This document shows, one piece after another, positions 55,612-63,753 of a stretch of DNA of 64,000 bases. Position 1 is the first letter of the stretch, and each line of letters starts with the position of its first letter. The notes under the pieces are model-generated. The model saw only the letters and a list, made by a program, of their open reading frames with translations, did no database searches and was not told the origin of the DNA. The stretch comes from Chthoniobacteraceae bacterium (GTDB lineage Bacteria > Verrucomicrobiota > Verrucomicrobiia > Chthoniobacterales > Chthoniobacteraceae), in contig JBEBGD010000001.1 of the NCBI GenBank assembly GCA_040081625.1, positions 129,748-193,747 of the forward strand, in the 5' to 3' direction. A program made the translations under genes and the position numbers.

Positions 55612-55619
55612 ATCGCGCG

Positions 55620-56999
55620 CTACCTCAGCAGCGGCATCAGCAGGTCCAGCGCGCTCTTTGCGGCGTCCTTGCCGCGCTTGATCACATCCTGCGCGGCGCC
55701 TTCGACTCTCTCCACGACGACTTCCGCCGCGGCGGTGACGAGCCGCGCGGAGAGATCCTCCGTCGGCGCATCCACCGGGCCGCCCAGCCGCATCGGCGCC
55801 CACACGTAGCCGTCGCGCGTGGCGGTGAAGACCCGCTCCTGTGCGCCCGGCAGCCACGCGATCATCGAGGGCAGCACGCCGACCTCGAACATCCCGTCGA
55901 GTTGCCGATCCACCACGAAGAAGCCGCCCTCGACTCGCAACCGGCCCGCGCTCTCGGCGACGAGTTTCGTGACCTCGAGCCGCCCCGGCTCGCTGCGGAA
56001 ATCGCACGTCGCCCGCGAGAGGGTGAGCTGCCTCAGCGATTGCGTGCGTGTGAACACGGCGATCTGGTCGAGCACCGGAAGCGTGTCGATCCGCGCGTCA
56101 TCGAACCGCAGCGACCCGCTCACCGTCGGCTGCGCGACCATCGGCAGCGCGGCCTGCACGCGGAAGTCCCCGCTCATTTTTCCGTGAAGCCGCAGTCGCC
56201 AGTCGCCGGCGAGGAAGGGCGCGAGATCGATGCCCTCGACCTGGCCGCGCAAATCGAGCGCCCGCGCAAAATCGATCTCACCCGTCGCCGACGCACTCCC
56301 GCCCGCGCGACCGGAGAACTTCGCCTCGTTCACGAAGAGCTGCGTGCCGCGCTGGCGCAGTCGCAGCGCGGACACATCGAGCGGAGGCATTCCAGCCGCG
56401 ATCAGTTCGCCGCCGCGCCCCTCGAAGATCCACCCGCCCTCCGCCGGCGTCGCCTGCACCGCCACGCCGCGCAGCGCTCCCGCGGTGGACGGCAGGTCGC
56501 CCCAGGTGATCACCAGCTCACGCACGTTCGCCGCGCCGGGCTCGAGCCGGTTTGGCAGCCAGCCGGACCCGGGTTCGGAGTTTCGGGTTTGGAGTTTCGG
56601 GACCATCGGGGCGGCCAGCCTTGTGCCGTCGAGATTCAGCTCCAGCCGCACTGCGTCGAGGTGCTCGATCTCCCATGCGCGGGAGAAAACGCGGCGCAGG
56701 CTGAAGCGGGCGCGCACCTTGTCCAGCCGCGCCTCGGCGAAGGGCGAGCCCTCGTAGCCGCGCGCCGTCACGCCCTCGCACATCACGCTGAAGCCATCGA
56801 ACCGCAGCGCCGCGCACTCCACCTCCGCTCGCAGCGTCTCGCTCAGTCGCGCGCTCACGAACCGCTGAAACTCCGGCCCGTGCAGATACGCGCGCGCGGC
56901 GAACCACAGCGACACGAGCAGCACGAACACGACGCCGAAAAGAATCAGCGCGAGCTTCGTCCAGCGACCGATGGATGCGCGTTGGGTTGGTTCATTCAC
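55620..56999 (-). CDS. Membrane-anchored AsmA-like protein (~459 aa)
   Basis: Likely GTG start at 56999. One N-terminal TM helix (LALILFGVVFVLLVSLWFAA), then beta-rich amphipathic sequence and a C-terminal WAPMRLGGPVDAPTEDL plus helix, an AsmA-like layout. The family call is by resemblance only. Confidence 0.6.
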   Translation of the reverse strand: MNEPTQRASIGRWTKLALILFGVVFVLLVSLWFAARAYLHGPEFQRFVSARLSETLRAEVECAALRFDGFSVMCEGVTARGYEGSPFAEARLDKVRARFSLRRVFSRAWEIEHLDAVRLELNLDGTRLAAPMVPKLQTRNSEPGSGWLPNRLEPGAANVRELVITWGDLPSTAGALRGVAVQATPAEGGWIFEGRGGELIAAGMPPLDVSALRLRQRGTQLFVNEAKFSGRAGGSASATGEIDFARALDLRGQVEGIDLAPFLAGDWRLRLHGKMSGDFRVQAALPMVAQPTVSGSLRFDDARIDTLPVLDQIAVFTRTQSLRQLTLSRATCDFRSEPGRLEVTKLVAESAGRLRVEGGFFVVDRQLDGMFEVGVLPSMIAWLPGAQERVFTATRDGYVWAPMRLGGPVDAPTEDLSARLVTAAAEVVVERVEGAAQDVIKRGKDAAKSALDLLMPLLR

Positions 57000-57104
57000 A
57001 GCGGCGCAGCGTCGCGCGCGCGGCCCGCAAATCAAGCCGCCTGCCCGAACTGCCGAACCGCCGGGGTTGCATTCTGTCACCGGCTTCCCAACCGTCCGCC
57101 TCGA

Positions 57105-58655
57105 ATGAAACCCGTCCTCTTCCTCCTCTTCGCATCGCATCTCGCCATCGGCGCCGACTTCCCGCAGTGGCGCGGGCCGCAGCGCAACGGCGTGCTCGCC
57201 GATTCGCCCAAGCTGCTCGACGCGATGCCCAAGGACGGGCTCAAGCAATTGTGGGAGAGCGAGAAGATTCCCGCGCAGGACGATGGTGGGCTTTCGAGCC
57301 CGATCGCGGCCGACGGCAAGGTCTATGTCGCCCTCGTATGGCATCGCAACGAGCCGAGCACGACGCGGCAGATCAATGACATCGTCGTCCGCCAGCTCGG
57401 CTGGCAAAACCCCGCGCCACTCGGCAAGGAACTGATCGAGAAGATGGAGAAGACCCGCGAGGGCCTCGACTCGAAACTGCGCGGCGGGAAACTCGAGGAG
57501 TTCACGCAGAAGTTCATCGACGAGAACCTCGACAAGAAACAGCAGCAGCTCTACGCCGGCATGATCAAGGCGCGCTTCGCGAAGGGCAAACTCGCCATCC
57601 CCTTCGACGTGCTCGCCGCGCTCGACAAGCAGACCGAGAAGGTCTTCGCGAGCGAAGCGGAGATGAAGGCGTGGCTCGACGCGCAGGGCTGGAGCGAGGC
57701 GATCAAGGCGCAGATCGTCGCCGCCGTGCCGCCGACCATTCGAATGGCGAACGACGCCGTCGTCTGCCTCGACCTCGCGAGCGGCAAGCAGCTTTGGAAG
57801 ACCGAACTGCCCGGCGCGGCGGTGGGGCGTGGCGGTTCCTCCACGCCCGTTCTCGGCGATGGCAAAATCTTCGCCGTCGCCAGCACCCGCGTGTGGGCGC
57901 TCGACGCCGCCACCGGCAAGCTCGCGTGGGAGACGCCGCTCGACAAAAAGCGCGGCATCGGCTCATCGCCGATGCTCGTCGATGGCGTGCTCGTCGCGAA
58001 CATCGACAAGCTCATCGCCTTCGATGCGAAGACCGGGACGGAACTCTGGAAGCAGGACAAGGCTGGCGGCGGGAACGCATCACCTGTCGCGTGGAAGGCG
58101 GGCGACAAGACGTTCGTCATCGCCAATGGCCGCGCCGCGCTCGACGCCGTTGAACTGAAGACCGGCGCCGTCGCGTGGAGCGCGCCCGGCGGCGGCGACA
58201 GCACGCCCGCGATCTCCGGCGACACGCTTGTCGTCCAGACGCGCAAGCCCGACCTCGGCGTCGTCTGCTACGCGCTCGCCACCGTTGGCGCGACCAAGCG
58301 CTGGAACTTTCCGATCGACGCCCGCCGCACGCAGAGCAGCCCCATCATCAGCGGCGGTGCCGCCTACTTCATCGAGGACGACAATGCCTATTGCTTCGAC
58401 CTCGCCACCGGCAGCCAGCGCTGGACGCAGCCCTACCCGGCGCAGATTTCCTCGCCGCTGCTCGCCGACGGCAAGATCTTCGTCCTCGCGAACAACGGCA
58501 ACAACGTCGCCGCGATCAAGGCCGACCCCGCCGCCTTCACCGACCTCGGTCGCGCCAATGTCCGCGCGCAGTGGGTCCCGTCGCCATGCATCGCCGACGG
58601 CAAGCTCATTCTGCGCATGAAGGAGAGCGTGAAGGCGTGGGCGCTCACGCCGTAG
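57105..58655 (+). CDS. Secreted PQQ-binding-like / BamB-like beta-propeller protein (516 aa)
   Basis: Signal peptide then ADFPQWRGPQRNG. Repeated blades SSPIAADGKVY, CLDLASGKQLWK, ALDAATGKLAWE, AFDAKTGTELWK, SSPLLADGKIF, PSPCIADGKLILR. Start is ATG 57105 inside the 917-aa track ORF. Confidence 0.88.
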   Translation: MKPVLFLLFASHLAIGADFPQWRGPQRNGVLADSPKLLDAMPKDGLKQLWESEKIPAQDDGGLSSPIAADGKVYVALVWHRNEPSTTRQINDIVVRQLGWQNPAPLGKELIEKMEKTREGLDSKLRGGKLEEFTQKFIDENLDKKQQQLYAGMIKARFAKGKLAIPFDVLAALDKQTEKVFASEAEMKAWLDAQGWSEAIKAQIVAAVPPTIRMANDAVVCLDLASGKQLWKTELPGAAVGRGGSSTPVLGDGKIFAVASTRVWALDAATGKLAWETPLDKKRGIGSSPMLVDGVLVANIDKLIAFDAKTGTELWKQDKAGGGNASPVAWKAGDKTFVIANGRAALDAVELKTGAVAWSAPGGGDSTPAISGDTLVVQTRKPDLGVVCYALATVGATKRWNFPIDARRTQSSPIISGGAAYFIEDDNAYCFDLATGSQRWTQPYPAQISSPLLADGKIFVLANNGNNVAAIKADPAAFTDLGRANVRAQWVPSPCIADGKLILRMKESVKAWALTP

Positions 58656-58667
58656 CGACCCCTCGTC

Positions 58668-59888
58668 CTACGGCTTGGCCGCTGGAGTCGCGGGCTTCGG
58701 CGCGGCTGGGGGGGCGGAGACCGGCGGTGTCGTTGCCTCGATCGGCGGCGCTTTCACCGGGGGACTCGTCACGCCAGGTGCGGGCGCGGCGGGCTCGGCG
58801 GGTTTCTCGGCGAGTAATCCCGCGCGCTCCTTGAGCAGCGGATCGACCACGTGTTTCGCGACGAGATACGTGCGGCCTTCCATCTTCTTTTCCTTCGCGA
58901 GTTTGTCGGCGAGTTCCTTCTGCTTGATCACGAACTCCCCATCGAGCCGCGTCTTGTCCTCCGGCTTCTCGTCCTTCCCCGGCGTGCGCTCCTTCGGGAA
59001 GTTGCCGGTGGCTTTGACGAGCACGGGATAATTCTCGCCGGTCGGTTTGCCGACCTTCACCTCGTAGCGGAAGCCGTCGAACGTCTCGATCGTCGCGCTG
59101 GTCACGGGTTCCTCGAGCTTCGCGTCGGGCGCGAGCACGTCGGCGATGGTGGCCGTGGCGAGGATGGTGCCGAGCGATGAGGTCTTGCTCGTGTCGATCT
59201 TCTCGTCGGGCTTCGCGTCGGCGAGCTTCCACTCGGCGGTGTTGTTGTCGCGCGTCACGGTCCACATCTGCGGGCCGGTGATCGCGATGGACTTCGGTCC
59301 TTCGACGCGCACGAACTCCTTCACCAGCCAGTTCTCCGGCTTCGGCTGGACTTCCTCGAGCGTCTCGGACACGAGCGACACCTTCGCGCCGGCGACCGGT
59401 TTGAGGTAGCGGCCGGCGGGGACGCCTTCGTCGCCGCCGCCGAAGTCCATCCCGCCTTCGCCTTTGCGGAGGTGCTTCTTGCCGAGCAGCAGCGCGGCGA
59501 GCGGCTTGCCGTCCTTGTCCTTGAACTCGAGGAGCGTGCCCGTCTTTTCGTCAAGCTCGAGCCGCGGGAGCTGCGAGGCACCGACTTTCACTTCCTGCAC
59601 GGTCTTGAGTTCCCAGAGCTTGCGAAGCAGCGAGCCCACGGCCTCGAAGTTGGCCGGATAGTCGGCGCGTTCCTTCACGGTCCACGCGTCGGCCTTCTTC
59701 ACGAGATTCAACTCCGCCGACGTGTCCTTGATGAGGACGTGCGCGACGTCATTGATCGGGAACTCCACGACCTTTCCGGCGCCGGCGGTCGTGTCGGACC
59801 ACGCCGACTGTTTGCGCTTGGAGACGAGGAGCCACGCACCGCCGATCGCGGCGACGAGGAGGAGGAGGGCGAGTTGTTTGCCTTTCAT
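58668..59888 (-). CDS. DUF4340-type membrane-anchored protein of the Gld-like ABC operon
   Basis: Start MKGKQLALLLLVAAIGG (ATG 59888), N-terminal TM, WTVKERADYPAN, LLLGK, GRY; Pro/Ala-rich tail; last gene of the ABC/GldG-like operon. Confidence 0.75.
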   Translation of the reverse strand: MKGKQLALLLLVAAIGGAWLLVSKRKQSAWSDTTAGAGKVVEFPINDVAHVLIKDTSAELNLVKKADAWTVKERADYPANFEAVGSLLRKLWELKTVQEVKVGASQLPRLELDEKTGTLLEFKDKDGKPLAALLLGKKHLRKGEGGMDFGGGDEGVPAGRYLKPVAGAKVSLVSETLEEVQPKPENWLVKEFVRVEGPKSIAITGPQMWTVTRDNNTAEWKLADAKPDEKIDTSKTSSLGTILATATIADVLAPDAKLEEPVTSATIETFDGFRYEVKVGKPTGENYPVLVKATGNFPKERTPGKDEKPEDKTRLDGEFVIKQKELADKLAKEKKMEGRTYLVAKHVVDPLLKERAGLLAEKPAEPAAPAPGVTSPPVKAPPIEATTPPVSAPPAAPKPATPAAKP

Positions 59889-59893
59889 AGAGG

Positions 59894-61798
59894 TCAGCGC
59901 GCGGCGCGGCGTTTGTGGCGGAGCACAGCGAGGCCGACGCCGGCTGCGGCGACGAGCACGGGCATGAGCGCGATGTTCAGCCACTTGATGCGGTTCTCGA
60001 GCGAATCGATGTCGGCGCGCAGCTTCTTGCGCTCCTCCTTGAGCTGCACCTTCACCTCGCGCTCCTTCGCGCGGAAGTTGGCGATCTCCTGCTGCTGCTC
60101 GGTAGAGAGGATGAACTTCTGCCCGCCCTTGTCGGCCTTGGTGCGCTGGAGATCGTTCAGCTTCGCCTGCGCCTCCGCGAGGCTGCTCTCGAGGCTCTTG
60201 ATCTTGCTTTGATAGGCAGACTCCGCCTTCGCCTGCATCTCCTTCACCACGGTGAACTGCCGCTCGCGCGACGCGCGGCTGCGGACCGCGATCAGGTTGC
60301 TGTCGCCGGAGAGTTGCTCGATCGCGCCCTGCACGAAGGCGAGGTTCCCGTTTGCCGGCATCACCATCCGCTGCCCGCCGCCAAAGGGATTCTGCATCTC
60401 CTGCACGGCGATCTGGTCCTGGATCATGTCCGAGTCGGCGATCAGCAGCACCGCGCCGTCCTGCTTGGATTCCTTCAGGCTATCACCCGCGGGCGGCTCG
60501 GGCTTCTTCTCGCCCTCCGCCGGCGGCGTCGCGGGCTTCGGCTTGCCGTCGGGGAAGGCCGTCTTGAATTTGCCAGTCAGTCGCACGGCCAGTGCGTGCT
60601 CGGTGTTCGTCGCGGAGAAATCCTGCACGATCTTCTCCCCGCCAAACTGCGCGCTCATCGGATCGACGAACTGCGAGTTCTTCGAGGTCTTCAGCAGCAC
60701 GGTCCGCGTGAGCCCCTCGGACGGCGTCCCGGAGATCGCGCCCGCGAAGACCATGAACAGATTGTTCGCGTCGGCGGTGAGGATGTCCTCGGAATTGACG
60801 GCCTTCTCCGTGAGCGCGAGCACGGCGGGCTGCCGGCCTTCGCGCGTGCGGCCCACGTAGTCGAGATCGGCCACGACCTTCGCGCTCTCAAACTTCATCC
60901 CCCATGCGGCGAGCAGCTTTTCCATCGACGACGAACTGCCCGTGTTCATCCCCATCGGGTTGCCAGCCGCGCTGCGGTCGAGCACGGCGAGCGGATCGAG
61001 GAAGGCCATGAGCTTCCCGCCGCGCAGGAGGAATTGATCGATCGCGTAGAGCGCCGCGTCGCTGATGTCCTTCGGATGAACGACGATGAGCACCTTCACC
61101 GCATCGGGGATCGTCTCCGCGGTCATCTCGATCTGCTGCACGCTGAAGTCGCTCTTGAGTTCGCTGAAGAGCACCCACGGCTGCTGCCCGCGCTGGCCCA
61201 TGCGGGCCATCATCGGGTTCATCGGCTGCCCGGCGATCTGCAGGGGACTCATCACTCCCACCACCGGCTTGTCGGCGGTCATCACCCGCGAGACCGCGCG
61301 GACGAGATCGTATTCGAGCAGACGCTCGCGGTTCGGGGCGAGGAAAGGCAGCGTCTCTTTTTGGTCGAGCATGCTCACGCTCACGCCGAGGTAGAAGGGC
61401 TCGCCCCCGAGCTGCACCTGCTGGCCTTCGATCCCATCCAGCCGCGCCGAATCCTCCGCGTCCGAATCCGGCACCGGGTCGAGCTTCTGGATTTCGATCT
61501 GCCCCTTCGAGGCCTGCCGCAGCTCGCCGAGCAGATCCTCGATCTGCTGCGCATACGTCTTGAGCATCACCGGCATCCGGTTGTCGCCGCGCGTGCAGTA
61601 AAAGCGCACCTGCACCGGCGTATCGAGCTTCGCAAGGATCGCCCGCGTGCCGGGCGAGAGCGTGTAGGCGCGCTCCGCGGTCAGGTCGATCCGCTGCTTC
61701 GCGCGGGAGCCGATCGCATTGACGACGAGCAGGATGACGAACATCGCCAGGACGCCGAGCGATGAGTAGAGCCAGGTTTCTATGCCTTTCTTCTTCAT
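59894..61798 (-). CDS. GldG-family ABC-type auxiliary component (634 aa)
   Basis: N-terminal TM, RIDLTAERAYTLSPGTRAIL, LLEYDL, LYAIDQFLLRGGKLMAFLDP, ADSD, N..FV..AIEQLSGDSNLIAVRSR, coiled coil, C-terminal TM (KWLNIALMPVLV). Confidence 0.88.
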   Translation of the reverse strand: MKKKGIETWLYSSLGVLAMFVILLVVNAIGSRAKQRIDLTAERAYTLSPGTRAILAKLDTPVQVRFYCTRGDNRMPVMLKTYAQQIEDLLGELRQASKGQIEIQKLDPVPDSDAEDSARLDGIEGQQVQLGGEPFYLGVSVSMLDQKETLPFLAPNRERLLEYDLVRAVSRVMTADKPVVGVMSPLQIAGQPMNPMMARMGQRGQQPWVLFSELKSDFSVQQIEMTAETIPDAVKVLIVVHPKDISDAALYAIDQFLLRGGKLMAFLDPLAVLDRSAAGNPMGMNTGSSSSMEKLLAAWGMKFESAKVVADLDYVGRTREGRQPAVLALTEKAVNSEDILTADANNLFMVFAGAISGTPSEGLTRTVLLKTSKNSQFVDPMSAQFGGEKIVQDFSATNTEHALAVRLTGKFKTAFPDGKPKPATPPAEGEKKPEPPAGDSLKESKQDGAVLLIADSDMIQDQIAVQEMQNPFGGGQRMVMPANGNLAFVQGAIEQLSGDSNLIAVRSRASRERQFTVVKEMQAKAESAYQSKIKSLESSLAEAQAKLNDLQRTKADKGGQKFILSTEQQQEIANFRAKEREVKVQLKEERKKLRADIDSLENRIKWLNIALMPVLVAAAGVGLAVLRHKRRAAR

Positions 61799-61822
61799 GG
61801 TGTGCGGGGAAGGGGAGTGCGA

Positions 61823-62557
61823 TCAGCCCGCGCGATGCGCGCGGACGATGACGCTGGTGGTGAAAAGGGAGAAGACGATGACGGAGAGGAAATACAGCAC
61901 GTCGCGCGAATCGAGCACGCCCTTCTGGATGCTCTCGAAGTGGGTCATCACGCTGAACGACGCGATTCCCTCGACCAGCCACGGATTCGCCCACTGCACG
62001 AGCAGATCGGTCACCGGCGGATAGCCCGCGAGGATCAGGAAAAGCGCGAGCACCACCGACACGATGAAGGCGACGACCTGGTTGCGCGTCATCGCCGAAG
62101 TCATCGCCGTGATCGCGAGATACGCGCCACCCATCAGCCAGCTCCCGAGATAGCCGGCGAAGATCACGCCGTTGTCCGGGTTGCCGAGATAGTTCACCGT
62201 GATCCACACCGGGAAGGTGAGCGCGAGCGCCAGCCCGACGACCGCCCACGCCGCGATGAATTTCCCGACGATCGCCTGCCACGGCGTGACCGGCATCGTC
62301 AGCAGCAGTTCGATCGTGCCGAGCCGCCGCTCCTCGCTCCACATCCGCATCCCGACCGCCGGCACGAGGAAAAGATAGAGCCACGGATGCCACGCGAAGA
62401 ACGTCTCCAGCCCCGCCTGCCCGCGCTCGAAGAACCCCGCCACCATGAACGTGAAGAACCCCGAGAGGAGCAGGAAGATCACGATGAACACGAACGCGAC
62501 CGGCGACGAGAAGTAGCCGCTCAGCTCCCGCTTTGCGATGGTGATGATCGGCTTCAT
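61823..62557 (-). CDS. ABC-2 type permease, GldF-like
   Basis: IAKRELSGYFSSPVAFVFI, PAVGMRMWSEERRLGTIELLLTMPV, GKF, TRNQVVAF, HFESIQKGVLDSRD. Confidence 0.92.
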   Translation of the reverse strand: MKPIITIAKRELSGYFSSPVAFVFIVIFLLLSGFFTFMVAGFFERGQAGLETFFAWHPWLYLFLVPAVGMRMWSEERRLGTIELLLTMPVTPWQAIVGKFIAAWAVVGLALALTFPVWITVNYLGNPDNGVIFAGYLGSWLMGGAYLAITAMTSAMTRNQVVAFIVSVVLALFLILAGYPPVTDLLVQWANPWLVEGIASFSVMTHFESIQKGVLDSRDVLYFLSVIVFSLFTTSVIVRAHRAG

Positions 62558-63519
62558 TTCGCCTCCTCCTTCGCGCCCTTGGTGTCCGGCAGCGTGATGT
62601 TGCGGAAGACCTCATCGAGCCGCCCCTCCTCCGTGTGCAACTCCAGCAGCGCCCAGCGCTCCCGCACCGCCACGTCGCTGATCGCCCGCGCGAGATCGTC
62701 GCTCGCCACCTTCTTGCGCGGAAAGGCGCGCACCGTCGCCGGCGACTCGCCGATCACCACCGACTCCTCGACCATGTTCAGCCCGTCGAGCTTGCCCTTC
62801 ACCGCCGCCGCGCTGCCTTCGCCGATCCGCACCGTCACCGCGCCCGCTTGCGTCGAGCGCTGCTTGAGCTCGGCCGGCGTGCCGTTCGCCACGATCGTCC
62901 CGCGATCGATGATGATCGCCCGCGAGCACACGGCCTCGACTTCCTCGAGGATGTGCGTGGAAAAAATGATCGCCTTCTTCTCACCCATCCGCCGGATCAG
63001 CGTCCGCACCTCGTGCTTCTGGTTCGGATCGAGGCCGTCGGTCGGCTCATCGAGGATGAGCACCTCCGGGTCGTGGATGATCGACTGCGCGAAACACGTC
63101 CGGTGCCGGTAACCCTTCGAGAGCGTCTCGACGCTCTGGTGCAGCACGTTCTCGAGGAAACACATTTCCACCACGCGATCGACGGCCTTCCTCTGCTCCA
63201 CGCCCGCCATGCCGCGCAGCTCGGCCGTGAAGCTCAGAAAGCCGAGCACCGTCATGTCCGCATAGGACGGCGCATTCTCCGGCAGGTAACCGATGAGCCG
63301 CTTCGCCGCGATCGGGGCATCGACGATGTTGTGGCCGCCGATGGTCACCTCGCCCTCGGTCGGCGGGATGAAGCCGGTGATCATGCGCATGGTCGTGCTC
63401 TTCCCGGCGCCATTCGGCCCGAGGAAGCCGAGCACTTCGCCTTTCTCGACCGTGAAGGAAACGCCGTTCACTGCGACCTTCGGGCCGAATGTCTTCTTTA
63501 GGTTTCGGACTTTGATCAT
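62554..63519 (-). CDS. ABC transporter ATP-binding protein, GldA-like
   Basis: MIKVRNLKKTFG (ATG 63519), Walker A GPNGAGKST, signature LSKGYRHR, Walker B LILDEPTDGLDP, H-loop STHIL. Confidence 0.95.
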   Translation of the reverse strand: MIKVRNLKKTFGPKVAVNGVSFTVEKGEVLGFLGPNGAGKSTTMRMITGFIPPTEGEVTIGGHNIVDAPIAAKRLIGYLPENAPSYADMTVLGFLSFTAELRGMAGVEQRKAVDRVVEMCFLENVLHQSVETLSKGYRHRTCFAQSIIHDPEVLILDEPTDGLDPNQKHEVRTLIRRMGEKKAIIFSTHILEEVEAVCSRAIIIDRGTIVANGTPAELKQRSTQAGAVTVRIGEGSAAAVKGKLDGLNMVEESVVIGESPATVRAFPRKKVASDDLARAISDVAVRERWALLELHTEEGRLDEVFRNITLPDTKGAKEEAK

Positions 63520-63648
63520 GTGTAGGGATGGAAAACCCGCGCCGTGTTTCCGGTGCGGGGACGAGAAAACAACCAAGACCGCCCCTCCATTAGAAGAAAA
63601 ATCTTCCGGGTCATCTGCCGACCGTCAGCCGGAGCGGCGTGGCCTTCA

Positions 63649-63736
63649 TTTAACCACAGAGGACACAGAGAAGGCAGGGGCATCGGAACTCCGCCGCCGT
63701 GTCCCTCCCTGTGCTCTCTGTGTCTCGGTGGTTAAA
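63649..63736. repeat. 88-bp REP/MITE-like element with ~30-bp imperfect terminal inverted repeats
   Basis: Left arm TTTAACCACAGAGGACACAGAGAAGGCAGGG; reverse complement of the right arm TTTAACCACCGAGACACAGAGAGCACAGGG. Confidence 0.8.
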
Positions 63737-63753
63737 CCCGCAGCCGCCCGCGC

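Noticed and set aside
54900..55611. Classical autotransporter call for the giant gene
   Set aside because: No ~280-aa amphipathic beta-barrel or terminal aromatic residue; the C-terminus is PEP-CTERM.
55902..57407. Extended overlapping ORFs (917 aa on +, 595 aa on -)
   Set aside because: Each extension is the antisense shadow of the other gene; credible starts are GTG 56999 (-) and ATG 57105 (+), divergent across 105 bp.
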